Notes under the pieces: generated by a model
What the model saw: the letters and a program-made list of their open reading frames with translations, nothing else
Databases searched by the model: none
Told to the model about the DNA's origin: nothing
Position numbers and translations under genes: made by a program
From: Candidatus Levybacteria bacterium RIFCSPHIGHO2_01_FULL_37_33
Lineage (GTDB): Bacteria > Patescibacteriota > Microgenomatia > Levybacterales > UBA12049
Assembly: GCA_001782085.1 (NCBI GenBank)
Contig: MFNM01000045.1
Coordinates: forward strand, 1 to 40,061
Direction of reading: 5' to 3'
Length of the DNA stretch: 40,061 nt
Shown here: positions 9,019 to 17,500 of the stretch, one piece after another
Layout of the letters: the number at the start of each line of letters is the position of its first letter
Position numbering within the stretch: the first letter of the stretch is position 1

Positions 9019-9591
9019 ATGCTTGAACTGATCTTATTGTTAATAATTATATTTTTACTGTTCATTTTGTCGATGGTTTGGCCGCCGAATAGTCCTTGGG
9101 CGCCATGGTGGAGAACAAATAGAGAAACTGCGCGGGCAATTTGCGAATTGGCAGAGATTACAATGTCCGACCTTGTTTATGATCTTGGATGCGGAGATGG
9201 GACATTAATAATCACTGCCGCCAAAGAATACGGAGCAAAAGTTGTGGGAATTGAAATAGATCCTCTGCGGTTTTTAAGTTCGATGATTCGAATCATCTTC
9301 AATGGATTATCCTCAAGAGTTGCTGTAAAGAGGGAAAATTTTTTTAATACGGATTTATCAAAAGCAACAGTGGTAGTAGTGTACCTAATCCCCAAAACAC
9401 TCAATCTTCTCCTGCCAAAATTTAAGAAAGAACTCAAAAAAGGAACTAGGATCGTGAGTTATAAGTATCCACTAAAACTCAAAGTCCAAAAATCCCCACT
9501 TCGCCCCCGCTTCGCCAAGGCTTCGCCGGGCGAGCAAGGCTTCGAGGGGCAAGCAAAAGTCAAAAATAATTTATACCTTTATATTATTTAA
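9019..9591 (+). CDS. Membrane-anchored class I SAM-dependent methyltransferase
   Basis: YDLGCGDG, GIEIDP, VVYL; C-terminus extended by a nested repeat. Confidence 0.85.
   Translation: MLELILLLIIIFLLFILSMVWPPNSPWAPWWRTNRETARAICELAEITMSDLVYDLGCGDGTLIITAAKEYGAKVVGIEIDPLRFLSSMIRIIFNGLSSRVAVKRENFFNTDLSKATVVVVYLIPKTLNLLLPKFKKELKKGTRIVSYKYPLKLKVQKSPLRPRFAKASPGEQGFEGQAKVKNNLYLYII
9494..9553 (+). mobile_element. Nested pair of 30-nt GC-rich miniature elements, in-frame
   Basis: Inner 9505-9534 CCCCGCTTCGCCAAGGCTTCGCCGGGCGAG; outer 9494-9504 + 9535-9553 rejoins to CCCCACTTCGCCAAGGCTTCGAGGGGCAAG (26/30 identical). Confidence 0.8.
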
Positions 9592-10597
9592 GACGTAATA
9601 AAAACCAGCGGAGTTTATCTCCTATTTTATACAGCTCATATAAAATCGGGTTAATTACAAGATCGTAGCTGCCGATGAGCTCAACTAATTCTGCGCCGTA
9701 ACCTTGTTTGAATTTGTGAAAGCCATACCACGGGTCTTTTGGATCAGGATTCGGTCCAAGCGCTCCCCACATATCAAATTTCTTAAGTCCTAATTTTTTA
9801 CCAAATCTTATTGCCTCCCACATAATAAGATTACTCGCCATAGTTTCCCGATGTTGCTCGCTTGATGCGCCATAAGGATAATAGAGTGTATTTTTGAATG
9901 TAAACAGTATCCACGCAACAAGAACCTCAGTTTTATATTTTCCAAGAAGCAAGTGCGCCGTCAGCCGATTTGAATCATGAAGTAGGAATTTTGAATCATG
10001 GTTTTTATTCTTAATTCTTGATTCCTGATTCTTGATTCCTAATTCTTGCCACATTTTTTTATGATAAGCTTGCGTATGGGCGTAAAACCCCTGGCGTTTG
10101 GTAGTTTCATTTGTAAGTTTTAAATAAGTTTTAAATGCCTTGTCCGAATTGTCTTCTACAACTTTTACTCCATGTTTTTGGGCAACTTTTATGTTGTACC
10201 GAGTTTTTGGATGCATATTTTTCAGAAGTTCATCTTCGGATTTGGTCAAATCAAGCTGGAAAGTATATTTAGTAAAAAGAGGATGGAAAGAAGGCCGAAA
10301 GTCTAAATTTGAAATTTGAAATTTGAAATTTGAAATTTGTTGTATGTTTGGTTCAAGCTGAATGAATATACATTTATTCTCTTTACCGATTTTTTTAAGT
10401 TCTTCAATAAGTTTTTTGTCCGGCAAGTTTCCTTTTGGCAGATAACCGATTGTCCACGGAATGTGCGGAATCTTATGGATGGTCAATTGAAAATCTTTTT
10501 CCCTTACGACTTTTACTCCTGTTTTTTCGCGAAACTGTCCCCATTCAAAAGCTTGAAGAGGATGGTTAGCATATTTATTAAAATCTTTCGCGGTCAT
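9584..10597 (-). CDS. FemABX-family peptidoglycan peptidyltransferase
   Basis: HPLQAFEWG, KTRYNI, YPYGAS, FDMWG, GFHKFKQGYG. Confidence 0.9.
   Translation of the reverse strand: MTAKDFNKYANHPLQAFEWGQFREKTGVKVVREKDFQLTIHKIPHIPWTIGYLPKGNLPDKKLIEELKKIGKENKCIFIQLEPNIQQISNFKFQISNLDFRPSFHPLFTKYTFQLDLTKSEDELLKNMHPKTRYNIKVAQKHGVKVVEDNSDKAFKTYLKLTNETTKRQGFYAHTQAYHKKMWQELGIKNQESRIKNKNHDSKFLLHDSNRLTAHLLLGKYKTEVLVAWILFTFKNTLYYPYGASSEQHRETMASNLIMWEAIRFGKKLGLKKFDMWGALGPNPDPKDPWYGFHKFKQGYGAELVELIGSYDLVINPILYELYKIGDKLRWFLLRLK
9972..10045. repeat. Two oppositely oriented degenerate heptamer arrays inside the FemABX gene
   Basis: GAATCAT GAAGTAG GAATTTT GAATCAT, then TTAATTC TTGATTC CTGATTC TTGATTC CTAATTC; encodes ELGIKNQESRIKNKNHDSKFLLHDS. 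Confidence 0.75.
10305..10339. repeat. (AAATTTG)x5 perfect heptamer tandem inside the FemABX gene
   Basis: Five exact copies; encodes QISNFKFQISN. Confidence 0.9.
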
Positions 10598-12480
10598 AGA
10601 AATTCCGAAGGATCATTATTAATAATGTTTAAATTATTAGATAAGACTTTTTCCGGCAACTCCAACACAAAGCGCGAAACGATATTTGAAGTTCTTTGTC
10701 CGAAGAAAAGTCTTTTTCGCGAGTATGTTAAAAATAATCTTTCTTTAGCACGAGTCATGCCGACATAGCAAAGCCTTCTTTCTTCCTCAAGCTCATTTTT
10801 GTCCATAAGACTTCTTGAATGAGGAAAAAGGCCTTCTTCCATACCTATCATAAAAACTATTGGAAATTCCAAACCTTTTGCGCCGTGAAGAGTCATTAAA
10901 TTTACCGCGTCTTTCTTTTCCCCGTTTTTTGGATGGTCAGGCATATATTCCTGTTCAACCAATGCGACATTTTCCAGAAACTCAATAAGATCAGGGAATT
11001 CTATAGCAACCGACCTTAACTCCTTAATATTTTCAAGTCTTGCCCGGTCCTCCTCGTCCCTTTCATCATACAGAGAAAGATAAGCTGTTTTACTCAGAAC
11101 TTTATCCAGAATTTCAAGAGTCGGTATTGTTTCAACCTTTTTTTCTTTGAAATCTTGCGAAAACTCAATAAACTTACTTAACCTTCCCTTGCCCAATTTT
11201 TCTATTCTTTTGTAGGAAACAGTGTCTTTTGGGTTTGCAATAAGTCTTAAGTATGCCAAAACATCTTTTATCTCACGCCTTTCGTAAAATCTTGTTCCGC
11301 CAATTAAAACATATGGAACTCCCTGATGAAGGAAGCCCTCTTCGATTGCGCGAGACTGGGCATTAGTTCTATAAAGAACTGCAAAGTCGGAATAAGAGAG
11401 ACGGGGATCTTGAGACTTAAGCTCAAGAATCTTATTTATTATATATTCTCCCTCATCATGTTCGTTTCGTGATTCATATAAGGCAACATCTTCTCCTTTG
11501 GGATTTTCTGTCCAAAGGTCAAGTACTGGATGGGAGGTGTTTTTGGAAATAACAGAAGATGCGGCATCAAGTATTTTTTGAGTGGACCTGTAATTTTGGG
11601 AAAGAGAAAAAGTTTCAACATTTTTTCCACCAGAGGCGGATCGTCCTTTGGACGAAAAATCCTCTTTAAATTTTGAGAGATTTTGAAAGTCAGCGCCCCG
11701 CCAGGAATAAATGCTTTGGGAAAAATCTCCGACCACGCAGACATTTGGAGATTTATCAAAATCTGAGCCCGAAAGCATTTTTGTTAGAATATATTGCGCA
11801 TGGTTTGTATCCTGATATTCATCAACTAAAATATATTTGAATTTATCTTGGTATTTTTTAAGAACCTGCGGATTTTTATCGAAAAGCTCTATAGTCTTTA
11901 AAATTAGATCATCAAAGTCCAAAGCATCATTTTCCGAAAGAAGCCTTTGATAGATAGGGTATATTCGTGCTACTGTTTCCTGAAAATATCCTTTTGCATA
12001 ATTTAAATATTCAGATGCTGTTATTAATTGATTTTTTGCTTCGGATATCGTTGTTGAAATCGAAGAAGGCTTAAAGTCTTTAGTTGAGATTTCAAGAATT
12101 TTCATTGTCTCTTTTATTGCATCAATCTGATCTTGATCATCATAAATTACGAAATTTTTAGGAATGCCGATATACTGACCCTCAATTCTTAAAATCTTTG
12201 CGCAGAGAGAATGAAATGTTCCTATGGTTACCTGATGCGCATGCAAATGTTTTCCCAAAAGTCGATAAATTCGCTCACGCATTTCGTTGGCAGCTTTATT
12301 AGTAAAAGTAGTTAAAAGAATATTGTCAGGCGAAACCCCTCTATCTATTAAATAGGCTGTTTTATAAACTAAAACCCTTGTCTTTCCAGACCCTGCGCCG
12401 GCTAATATTATGCATGGACCTTCAATATATATTACTGCCTCTTTCTGTTTTTGATTGAGCAAGGATAAATCAAGTGCCAT
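10594..12480 (-). CDS. pcrA: ATP-dependent DNA helicase PcrA/UvrD
   Basis: AGAGSGKT, DEYQD, QSIYSWRGA, NYRST, EERRLCYVGMTRA. Confidence 0.95.
   Translation of the reverse strand: MALDLSLLNQKQKEAVIYIEGPCIILAGAGSGKTRVLVYKTAYLIDRGVSPDNILLTTFTNKAANEMRERIYRLLGKHLHAHQVTIGTFHSLCAKILRIEGQYIGIPKNFVIYDDQDQIDAIKETMKILEISTKDFKPSSISTTISEAKNQLITASEYLNYAKGYFQETVARIYPIYQRLLSENDALDFDDLILKTIELFDKNPQVLKKYQDKFKYILVDEYQDTNHAQYILTKMLSGSDFDKSPNVCVVGDFSQSIYSWRGADFQNLSKFKEDFSSKGRSASGGKNVETFSLSQNYRSTQKILDAASSVISKNTSHPVLDLWTENPKGEDVALYESRNEHDEGEYIINKILELKSQDPRLSYSDFAVLYRTNAQSRAIEEGFLHQGVPYVLIGGTRFYERREIKDVLAYLRLIANPKDTVSYKRIEKLGKGRLSKFIEFSQDFKEKKVETIPTLEILDKVLSKTAYLSLYDERDEEDRARLENIKELRSVAIEFPDLIEFLENVALVEQEYMPDHPKNGEKKDAVNLMTLHGAKGLEFPIVFMIGMEEGLFPHSRSLMDKNELEEERRLCYVGMTRAKERLFLTYSRKRLFFGQRTSNIVSRFVLELPEKVLSNNLNIINNDPSEFL
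11626..11655. repeat. 30-nt double-hairpin element in-frame in pcrA
   Basis: TCCACCAGAGGCGGA + TCGTCCTTTGGACGA; encodes SSKGRSASGG just before NYRST. Confidence 0.75.
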
Positions 12481-12915
12481 AATTTATTCCTTCTATAAAT
12501 TTTTTATACTTTCTCTCAAGGTATATAGTGGCATTTTTATACATGTAAGTAAATAATTTTACGGCTGCTTTGTGTCCAATTCGTACTTTATAATAAGGTG
12601 TTTTTTGATGAGCCATGCTAATATTAATTCTCCCTTGATAAAAGTTACCAGTCTCTTTTCTTAGTATTCGATATAAAAAACGAGCCATATTAAAACTCGC
12701 AGCGCCATTTCAGGAGACCATAGTTTAAAAAAGTTAGAATTAATAGAGTGCTTTTTTACTTTCTTTTGAAAGGGAAGGTGTCTTACTTTAGATTGTATTG
12801 CGGAATATGATCTTTTAAGAGTTTTCCCTATTTGATTATAGGTTAATTTACCGATCTTATTACTTAGAAGTTCAATTTCTTCTTGTTTCCATGGATGAGT
12901 GTATTGGTTAGGCAT
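12470..12915 (-). pseudogene. HTH-LAGLIDADG homing endonuclease relic with internal deletion/frameshift
   Basis: HTH-like start (W..EEIELL) and NFFKLWSPEMA, the usual lead-in to the first LAGLIDADG helix; jumps near 12703 to another frame AASFNMARFL...YMY...LERKYKKF; catalytic helices absent. Confidence 0.7.
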
Positions 12916-13054
12916 TTATTAAATATATAACCTTATAAGTTAATACTCTTGTCTTGTCCGATCCGGCACCTGCTAAAATAATCATAGGGCCATCGGTTTT
13001 GATAACTGCTTTTTGTTGATCGAAGTTTAAGTCCTTGAGAAAGTCTTTGTCCAT
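12908..13054 (-). pseudogene. pcrA: Orphan duplicate 5' head of pcrA (48 aa)
   Basis: MDKDFLKDLNFDQQKAVIKTDGPMIILAGAGSDKTRVLTYKVIYLINA*; Walker A G>D; stop overlaps the endonuclease ATG (ATGCCTAA). Confidence 0.9.
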
Positions 13055-13101
13055 ACTCTATAATAGAGAAACTCAAGTTATTGTACCATAAGACCCTTCG
13101 T

Positions 13102-13773
13102 ATGAAAAAACTTTTTATTATAGCTAACTGGAAGTCAAATAAAACCATCGAGGAGGCAGAACAGTGGTTTCATGATTTTGCCGAGAAACTAAAATCCGAT
13201 AGCTCCAATATCGAGAATAAGGAAATAATTGTTTGTCCCTCCTTTATTCTTTTTGAACATGCCCGTTATTGTTCGAATAATTTAAAACTTCCTATAAGAT
13301 TCGGCGCACAAAATATCTCGCCTTTTGATAAGGGAGCTTATACAGGAGAAGTAAACGGAGAGCAAATAAAAGAATTTGCGCAATATGTGATTATCGGACA
13401 TTCGGAAAGAAGGAAAAACTTCTCAGAAACAAATGAAATGCTCAAGCAGAAAGTTTTAATGGCAAAAAAATATAATTTAATGCCAATTTTTTGTATTCAA
13501 AATCAAGATTCACCAGTTCCTCAAGAGATTGATGTTATAGCCTATGAGCCTCCGACTGCCATTGGAACGGGTAATCCCGATACACCGGAAAATGCGCAAA
13601 GGGTGGCGAAGATTGTTAAAGAAAGAACAGGCGTTGCGAACGTTCTTTATGGGGGAAGCGTTACATCTTCTAATGTAAAAACGTTTACTAATATGCCGGA
13701 TATAGACGGACTTCTTGTCGGTGGAGCGAGTCTTGATTCCTTAGAGTTTCTTGCCATAATTAAGAATGCATAA
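13102..13773 (+). CDS. tpiA: Triosephosphate isomerase
   Basis: ANWK, GHSERR, AYEP, YGGSV, VGGASL; ATG 13102 preferred to TTG 13081. Confidence 0.95.
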   Translation: MKKLFIIANWKSNKTIEEAEQWFHDFAEKLKSDSSNIENKEIIVCPSFILFEHARYCSNNLKLPIRFGAQNISPFDKGAYTGEVNGEQIKEFAQYVIIGHSERRKNFSETNEMLKQKVLMAKKYNLMPIFCIQNQDSPVPQEIDVIAYEPPTAIGTGNPDTPENAQRVAKIVKERTGVANVLYGGSVTSSNVKTFTNMPDIDGLLVGGASLDSLEFLAIIKNA

Positions 13774-14875
13774 TAAAGAAAGATTCAAAAAAATTGCCCT
13801 AATTATTTTAAGTTTAATAATTCTTTTTTTTGTTGGAAAAGCTGTTGTTAAAATTGCAAAACTTTCGCCGTTTTTGTTTCAGCTTATTTTTAACAGAGAC
13901 ATAAATCTTAAAACAAATGACGGCCATATAAATATTCTTCTTTTGGGGATTGGCGGGAAAAATCATCAAGGTCCAAATCTTACCGATACGGTAATTTTTA
14001 CAAGCCTTTCTACGAAAGGAGATAAAGTTACTTTGGTTTCCATTCCGCGGGACTTATGGGTGCCGGATTTGGACGCAAAGATTAATACGGCATATTCAAC
14101 AGGCGAAAGCAAAAGACCGGGCGGAGGTCTTGTGCTTTCAAAAGCTGTGGTTAAAAAAATAGTTAATCAGCCGATTGATTATGTTTTAAGAATTGACTTT
14201 GACGGTTTTATTAAGGCGGTAGATTTGGTTGGCGGTCTTGAGATAAATGTTGAGAGAACTTTTGATGATTTTGAATATCCAATTGACGGGAAAGAAGAAG
14301 ATCCATGCGAACATACGGATGAAGAACTTAAAGAGTTGGCAACCTCCTCTTCTCAGCTTGAAGCCTTCCCTTGCAGATATACTCATGTACGTTTTGATAA
14401 AGGAGAGCAGAAGATGGATGGAAAAACTGCTCTTCAGTTTGTAAGATCCCGTCATGCACAAGGAGAAGAGGGTTCGGATTTTGCAAGAAGCAAGAGACAG
14501 GAGAAAGTGATTAAAGCTTTTAAAGATAAAATATTCTCTCTTGCGACACTCGCAAATCCTGCGAAAGTGATAAATCTTTACGATATATTAAAGGTAAGTA
14601 TAGATACAGATATAAAAGATGATGAGTTTGATGATTTTATAAGACTTGCCGGAAAAATGAAAACAGCGCAGACAGAAAATGCAGTATTAGATACAGGAGA
14701 CGGGGAAGCAAAACGCCCGGGTCTTTTAATAAATCCTCCCACGGGGGAAGAATATAATTTCGAATGGGTTCTTATTCCAAGAATAGGCAATGGAGATTTT
14801 TCGGAAGTTCAAAAGTATATTGATTGCGAGATTAAGATTGGTAGTTGCCCAGTTTCTACAAAGCCTCAAAGTTAA
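13766..14875 (+). CDS. LytR-CpsA-Psr (LCP) family protein
   Basis: N-terminal TM, TDT, SIPRDLW, KIN, FVRSRH, SDFARSKRQ. Confidence 0.9.
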   Translation: MHNKERFKKIALIILSLIILFFVGKAVVKIAKLSPFLFQLIFNRDINLKTNDGHINILLLGIGGKNHQGPNLTDTVIFTSLSTKGDKVTLVSIPRDLWVPDLDAKINTAYSTGESKRPGGGLVLSKAVVKKIVNQPIDYVLRIDFDGFIKAVDLVGGLEINVERTFDDFEYPIDGKEEDPCEHTDEELKELATSSSQLEAFPCRYTHVRFDKGEQKMDGKTALQFVRSRHAQGEEGSDFARSKRQEKVIKAFKDKIFSLATLANPAKVINLYDILKVSIDTDIKDDEFDDFIRLAGKMKTAQTENAVLDTGDGEAKRPGLLINPPTGEEYNFEWVLIPRIGNGDFSEVQKYIDCEIKIGSCPVSTKPQS

Positions 14876-14881
14876 ATAACA

Positions 14882-16144
14882 ATGGAAAAAATTTTAAGAG
14901 AATACAAAAAAATACCCTCACTGTTAAAACTATACCTAATACTTATTTTACTTATTCGAATATTTTTACTTACTCAACCAAGTTTTAAAATAGACATGAA
15001 TGATTGGCAAGCATGGGCGGCTAGGCTTGTTGATGTAGGCCCTCTTAAGTTTTATACATCCAATTTTTTTGCGGATTATTTACCTTTTTACTATCTTTTT
15101 CTTTGGGTTATTGCGGAAATATTTAGTTTTATTTTTGGCAAAGCTGCTATTTTTTCAACAACTTTCGAAATCTACATAAAAATTATCAGCAATATTTTTG
15201 ATATTTTGACGGCATATACAATTTTTGTCATTATAAATAAACATTCAAAGAAATGGGCTACGATAGGCAGTCTTCTTTATTTAATTAATCCGAGTATTAT
15301 CTTTAACAGTTCTGTTTGGGGACAAATAGACGCTATCCCAACTTTTCTTCTTACTTTTTCTCTATATCAGCTTGAAGAAAAAAAGAATATTGTTAGATCT
15401 CTCTCAGCTAGCGTTTTATCATTTTTAATTAAACCCTTAAATATTGCTCTTTTTCCATTAATGTTATTTAGGATAATTAAAAATTTTTCGGCTCAAAAAA
15501 TATTAAAAGCATCCGGAATATCCTTATTGATGTTTTTTATTGTCACAATACCATTTTTCCCAAATAATCCAATTTTTGGACCATTTGAACATTTATTAAA
15601 ATCTTTGAATGTTTATCCTTATACTTCTATTAACGCTTATAATTTTTGGGCACTTTTTGGATGGTGGAAACAAGACTCATTACAAGTCTTTAATCTTTCA
15701 TATCATCTATGGGGATATATTTTATTTTTCTTAATAGTTTTGACTATTTTTATTCCTTTATTCAGAAAAAAATCAAAATCATTTATAAAACTAGATTATC
15801 TTATATATACGATTTTATCATTTGCTTTCTTTTTATTTTTGACCCGCATTCATGAACGCCACTTGTTTCCGGTCTTTGCGTTACTTATTATTTCAGCGTG
15901 TATTTTTAAATCAAGAGTTCTAATAGCAAGTTACATTACGCTTGCAATTGTGAATTTTATTAATCTATTTTATTCATATTACTATCACAACGTTATTTAC
16001 AATAACCCTATGGCTCCAAAAAATATTCTCTTTGACATATCCTCAAATTATCAATTGATTTTTTCTGTACTTTCACTTATCGTCTTTAGTATTATGCTTG
16101 TAGTTTATTTTAAAAATCAACGGCTATTTATTAAAAAGAAGTAA
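14882..16144 (+). CDS. GT-C fold polytopic glycosyltransferase
   Basis: DYLP, NSSVWGQID, HERH motifs; many TMs. Confidence 0.75.
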   Translation: MEKILREYKKIPSLLKLYLILILLIRIFLLTQPSFKIDMNDWQAWAARLVDVGPLKFYTSNFFADYLPFYYLFLWVIAEIFSFIFGKAAIFSTTFEIYIKIISNIFDILTAYTIFVIINKHSKKWATIGSLLYLINPSIIFNSSVWGQIDAIPTFLLTFSLYQLEEKKNIVRSLSASVLSFLIKPLNIALFPLMLFRIIKNFSAQKILKASGISLLMFFIVTIPFFPNNPIFGPFEHLLKSLNVYPYTSINAYNFWALFGWWKQDSLQVFNLSYHLWGYILFFLIVLTIFIPLFRKKSKSFIKLDYLIYTILSFAFFLFLTRIHERHLFPVFALLIISACIFKSRVLIASYITLAIVNFINLFYSYYYHNVIYNNPMAPKNILFDISSNYQLIFSVLSLIVFSIMLVVYFKNQRLFIKKK

Positions 16145-16145
16145 T

Positions 16146-17495
16146 ATGTCTAAAGTAATCAGTGAAAAAGTAAAAAATTCAATTAAAGAAATCTTAAGCA
16201 AAAAAAGCTGGCTTCCCGAAATTATAATTTTTGCCTTTGCATTTTTCACCCGTTTTATAAGGTTAAATGTACCAAATAACTATATGTTTGATGAGGTTTA
16301 TCACGCATTTACCGCAGGGCAAATGTTCAAAGGAAATCCTGCTGCTTGGGAATGGTGGAATACTCCGCCCAAAGGTTTTGCATATGAGTGGACACACCCG
16401 CCCTTAGCCAAGGAATTTATGGCGTTTGCAATTTGGCTTTTTGGTGATAATGTCTTTGCGTGGCGATTTTTTTCAGCTCTTTTCGGTTTTGGCGTAATAG
16501 TTCTTATTTATTTAACTGCCTATAAACTTTTTAAAAACCGTTTAATTGCGTTATTTGCGGCTTTTGCTGCTTCTATGGACGGACTTCTTCTGGTTATGTC
16601 GCGTATTGCTATGAACGATATGTATTTTTTATTTTTTATTTTACTCGCTTTCTTATTTTTATTGTACAACCGAAAACTTTTGATGGGTTTGTCATTGGGG
16701 CTTTCTATCGCATCAAAATGGACCGGCCTTTTTGGATTGGGAATAATTGGGACAGTATATGTTGCTCAGCTTGTTTTAAAACTAAGAAAAAAAGATATCT
16801 CCAAAAAAATTTATATAAAAGATCTAATAGCAGCGCCTTTATTCTTTTTAATTATTCCCCTGCTTGTTTATTTAGCTGTTTATCTGCCATTTTTTACCGG
16901 AAAACATACCCCTTCGGGAAACAAACCGTCAGTTTTTAACACGGAAACTTTTATCGGCTTGCAGAAGCAAATGTATTGGTATCACACACGTCTTAAGGCA
17001 ACTCATCCATCTCAATCAATCCCGACTCAATGGGCACTTAATCTTCGTCCTGTTTGGATTTATGTTGATTATAAAGATAATAATACTATTGCCAATATTT
17101 ATAGCTTGGGCAATCCGCTCTTTATGTGGTTTGGATTAATATCGGTTATTTTTCTCCTCTTTGAATTTATTAGAAAAAGGACTTTGGGAATAGCAATAGT
17201 TCTTATTGGATATTTTGGGTTTTTTCTGCCATGGGTTGGTTCTCCCAGAATAATGTTTTATTATCATTACATGCCGGCAGTTCCGTTTTTGGCAATTGCA
17301 ACAGGTTATGTTCTTAACAAACTTTTGTCTAAAAAAGTCGGTAAAGCATTCGTAATAACTTTTCTTTCTCTATTATTAATTTTATTTGTTTATTTCTTTC
17401 CATTGTGGACGGCAATTCACATACCCCGGTGCATAAATCCTCAGGGATGCACCAGTTGGTACGATTCTTACTTTTGGTTTACCAGCTGGAAATAG
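16146..17495 (+). CDS. Protein O-mannosyltransferase-like (GT39/PMT)
   Basis: FDEVYH, HPPLAK, SRIAMND, SKWTG, YHYMPA. Confidence 0.85.
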   Translation: MSKVISEKVKNSIKEILSKKSWLPEIIIFAFAFFTRFIRLNVPNNYMFDEVYHAFTAGQMFKGNPAAWEWWNTPPKGFAYEWTHPPLAKEFMAFAIWLFGDNVFAWRFFSALFGFGVIVLIYLTAYKLFKNRLIALFAAFAASMDGLLLVMSRIAMNDMYFLFFILLAFLFLLYNRKLLMGLSLGLSIASKWTGLFGLGIIGTVYVAQLVLKLRKKDISKKIYIKDLIAAPLFFLIIPLLVYLAVYLPFFTGKHTPSGNKPSVFNTETFIGLQKQMYWYHTRLKATHPSQSIPTQWALNLRPVWIYVDYKDNNTIANIYSLGNPLFMWFGLISVIFLLFEFIRKRTLGIAIVLIGYFGFFLPWVGSPRIMFYYHYMPAVPFLAIATGYVLNKLLSKKVGKAFVITFLSLLLILFVYFFPLWTAIHIPRCINPQGCTSWYDSYFWFTSWK

Positions 17496-17500
17496 CTTCA

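Noticed and set aside
12470-13054. Group I intron or intein in pcrA
   Set aside because: The head is duplicated rather than split, the downstream gene is complete with its own ATG, and no intein termini or intron core are evident
12933-13148. 71-aa ORF from the track
   Set aside because: Wrong frame; the meaningful reading is the 48-aa pcrA head, and it overlaps tpiA antisense
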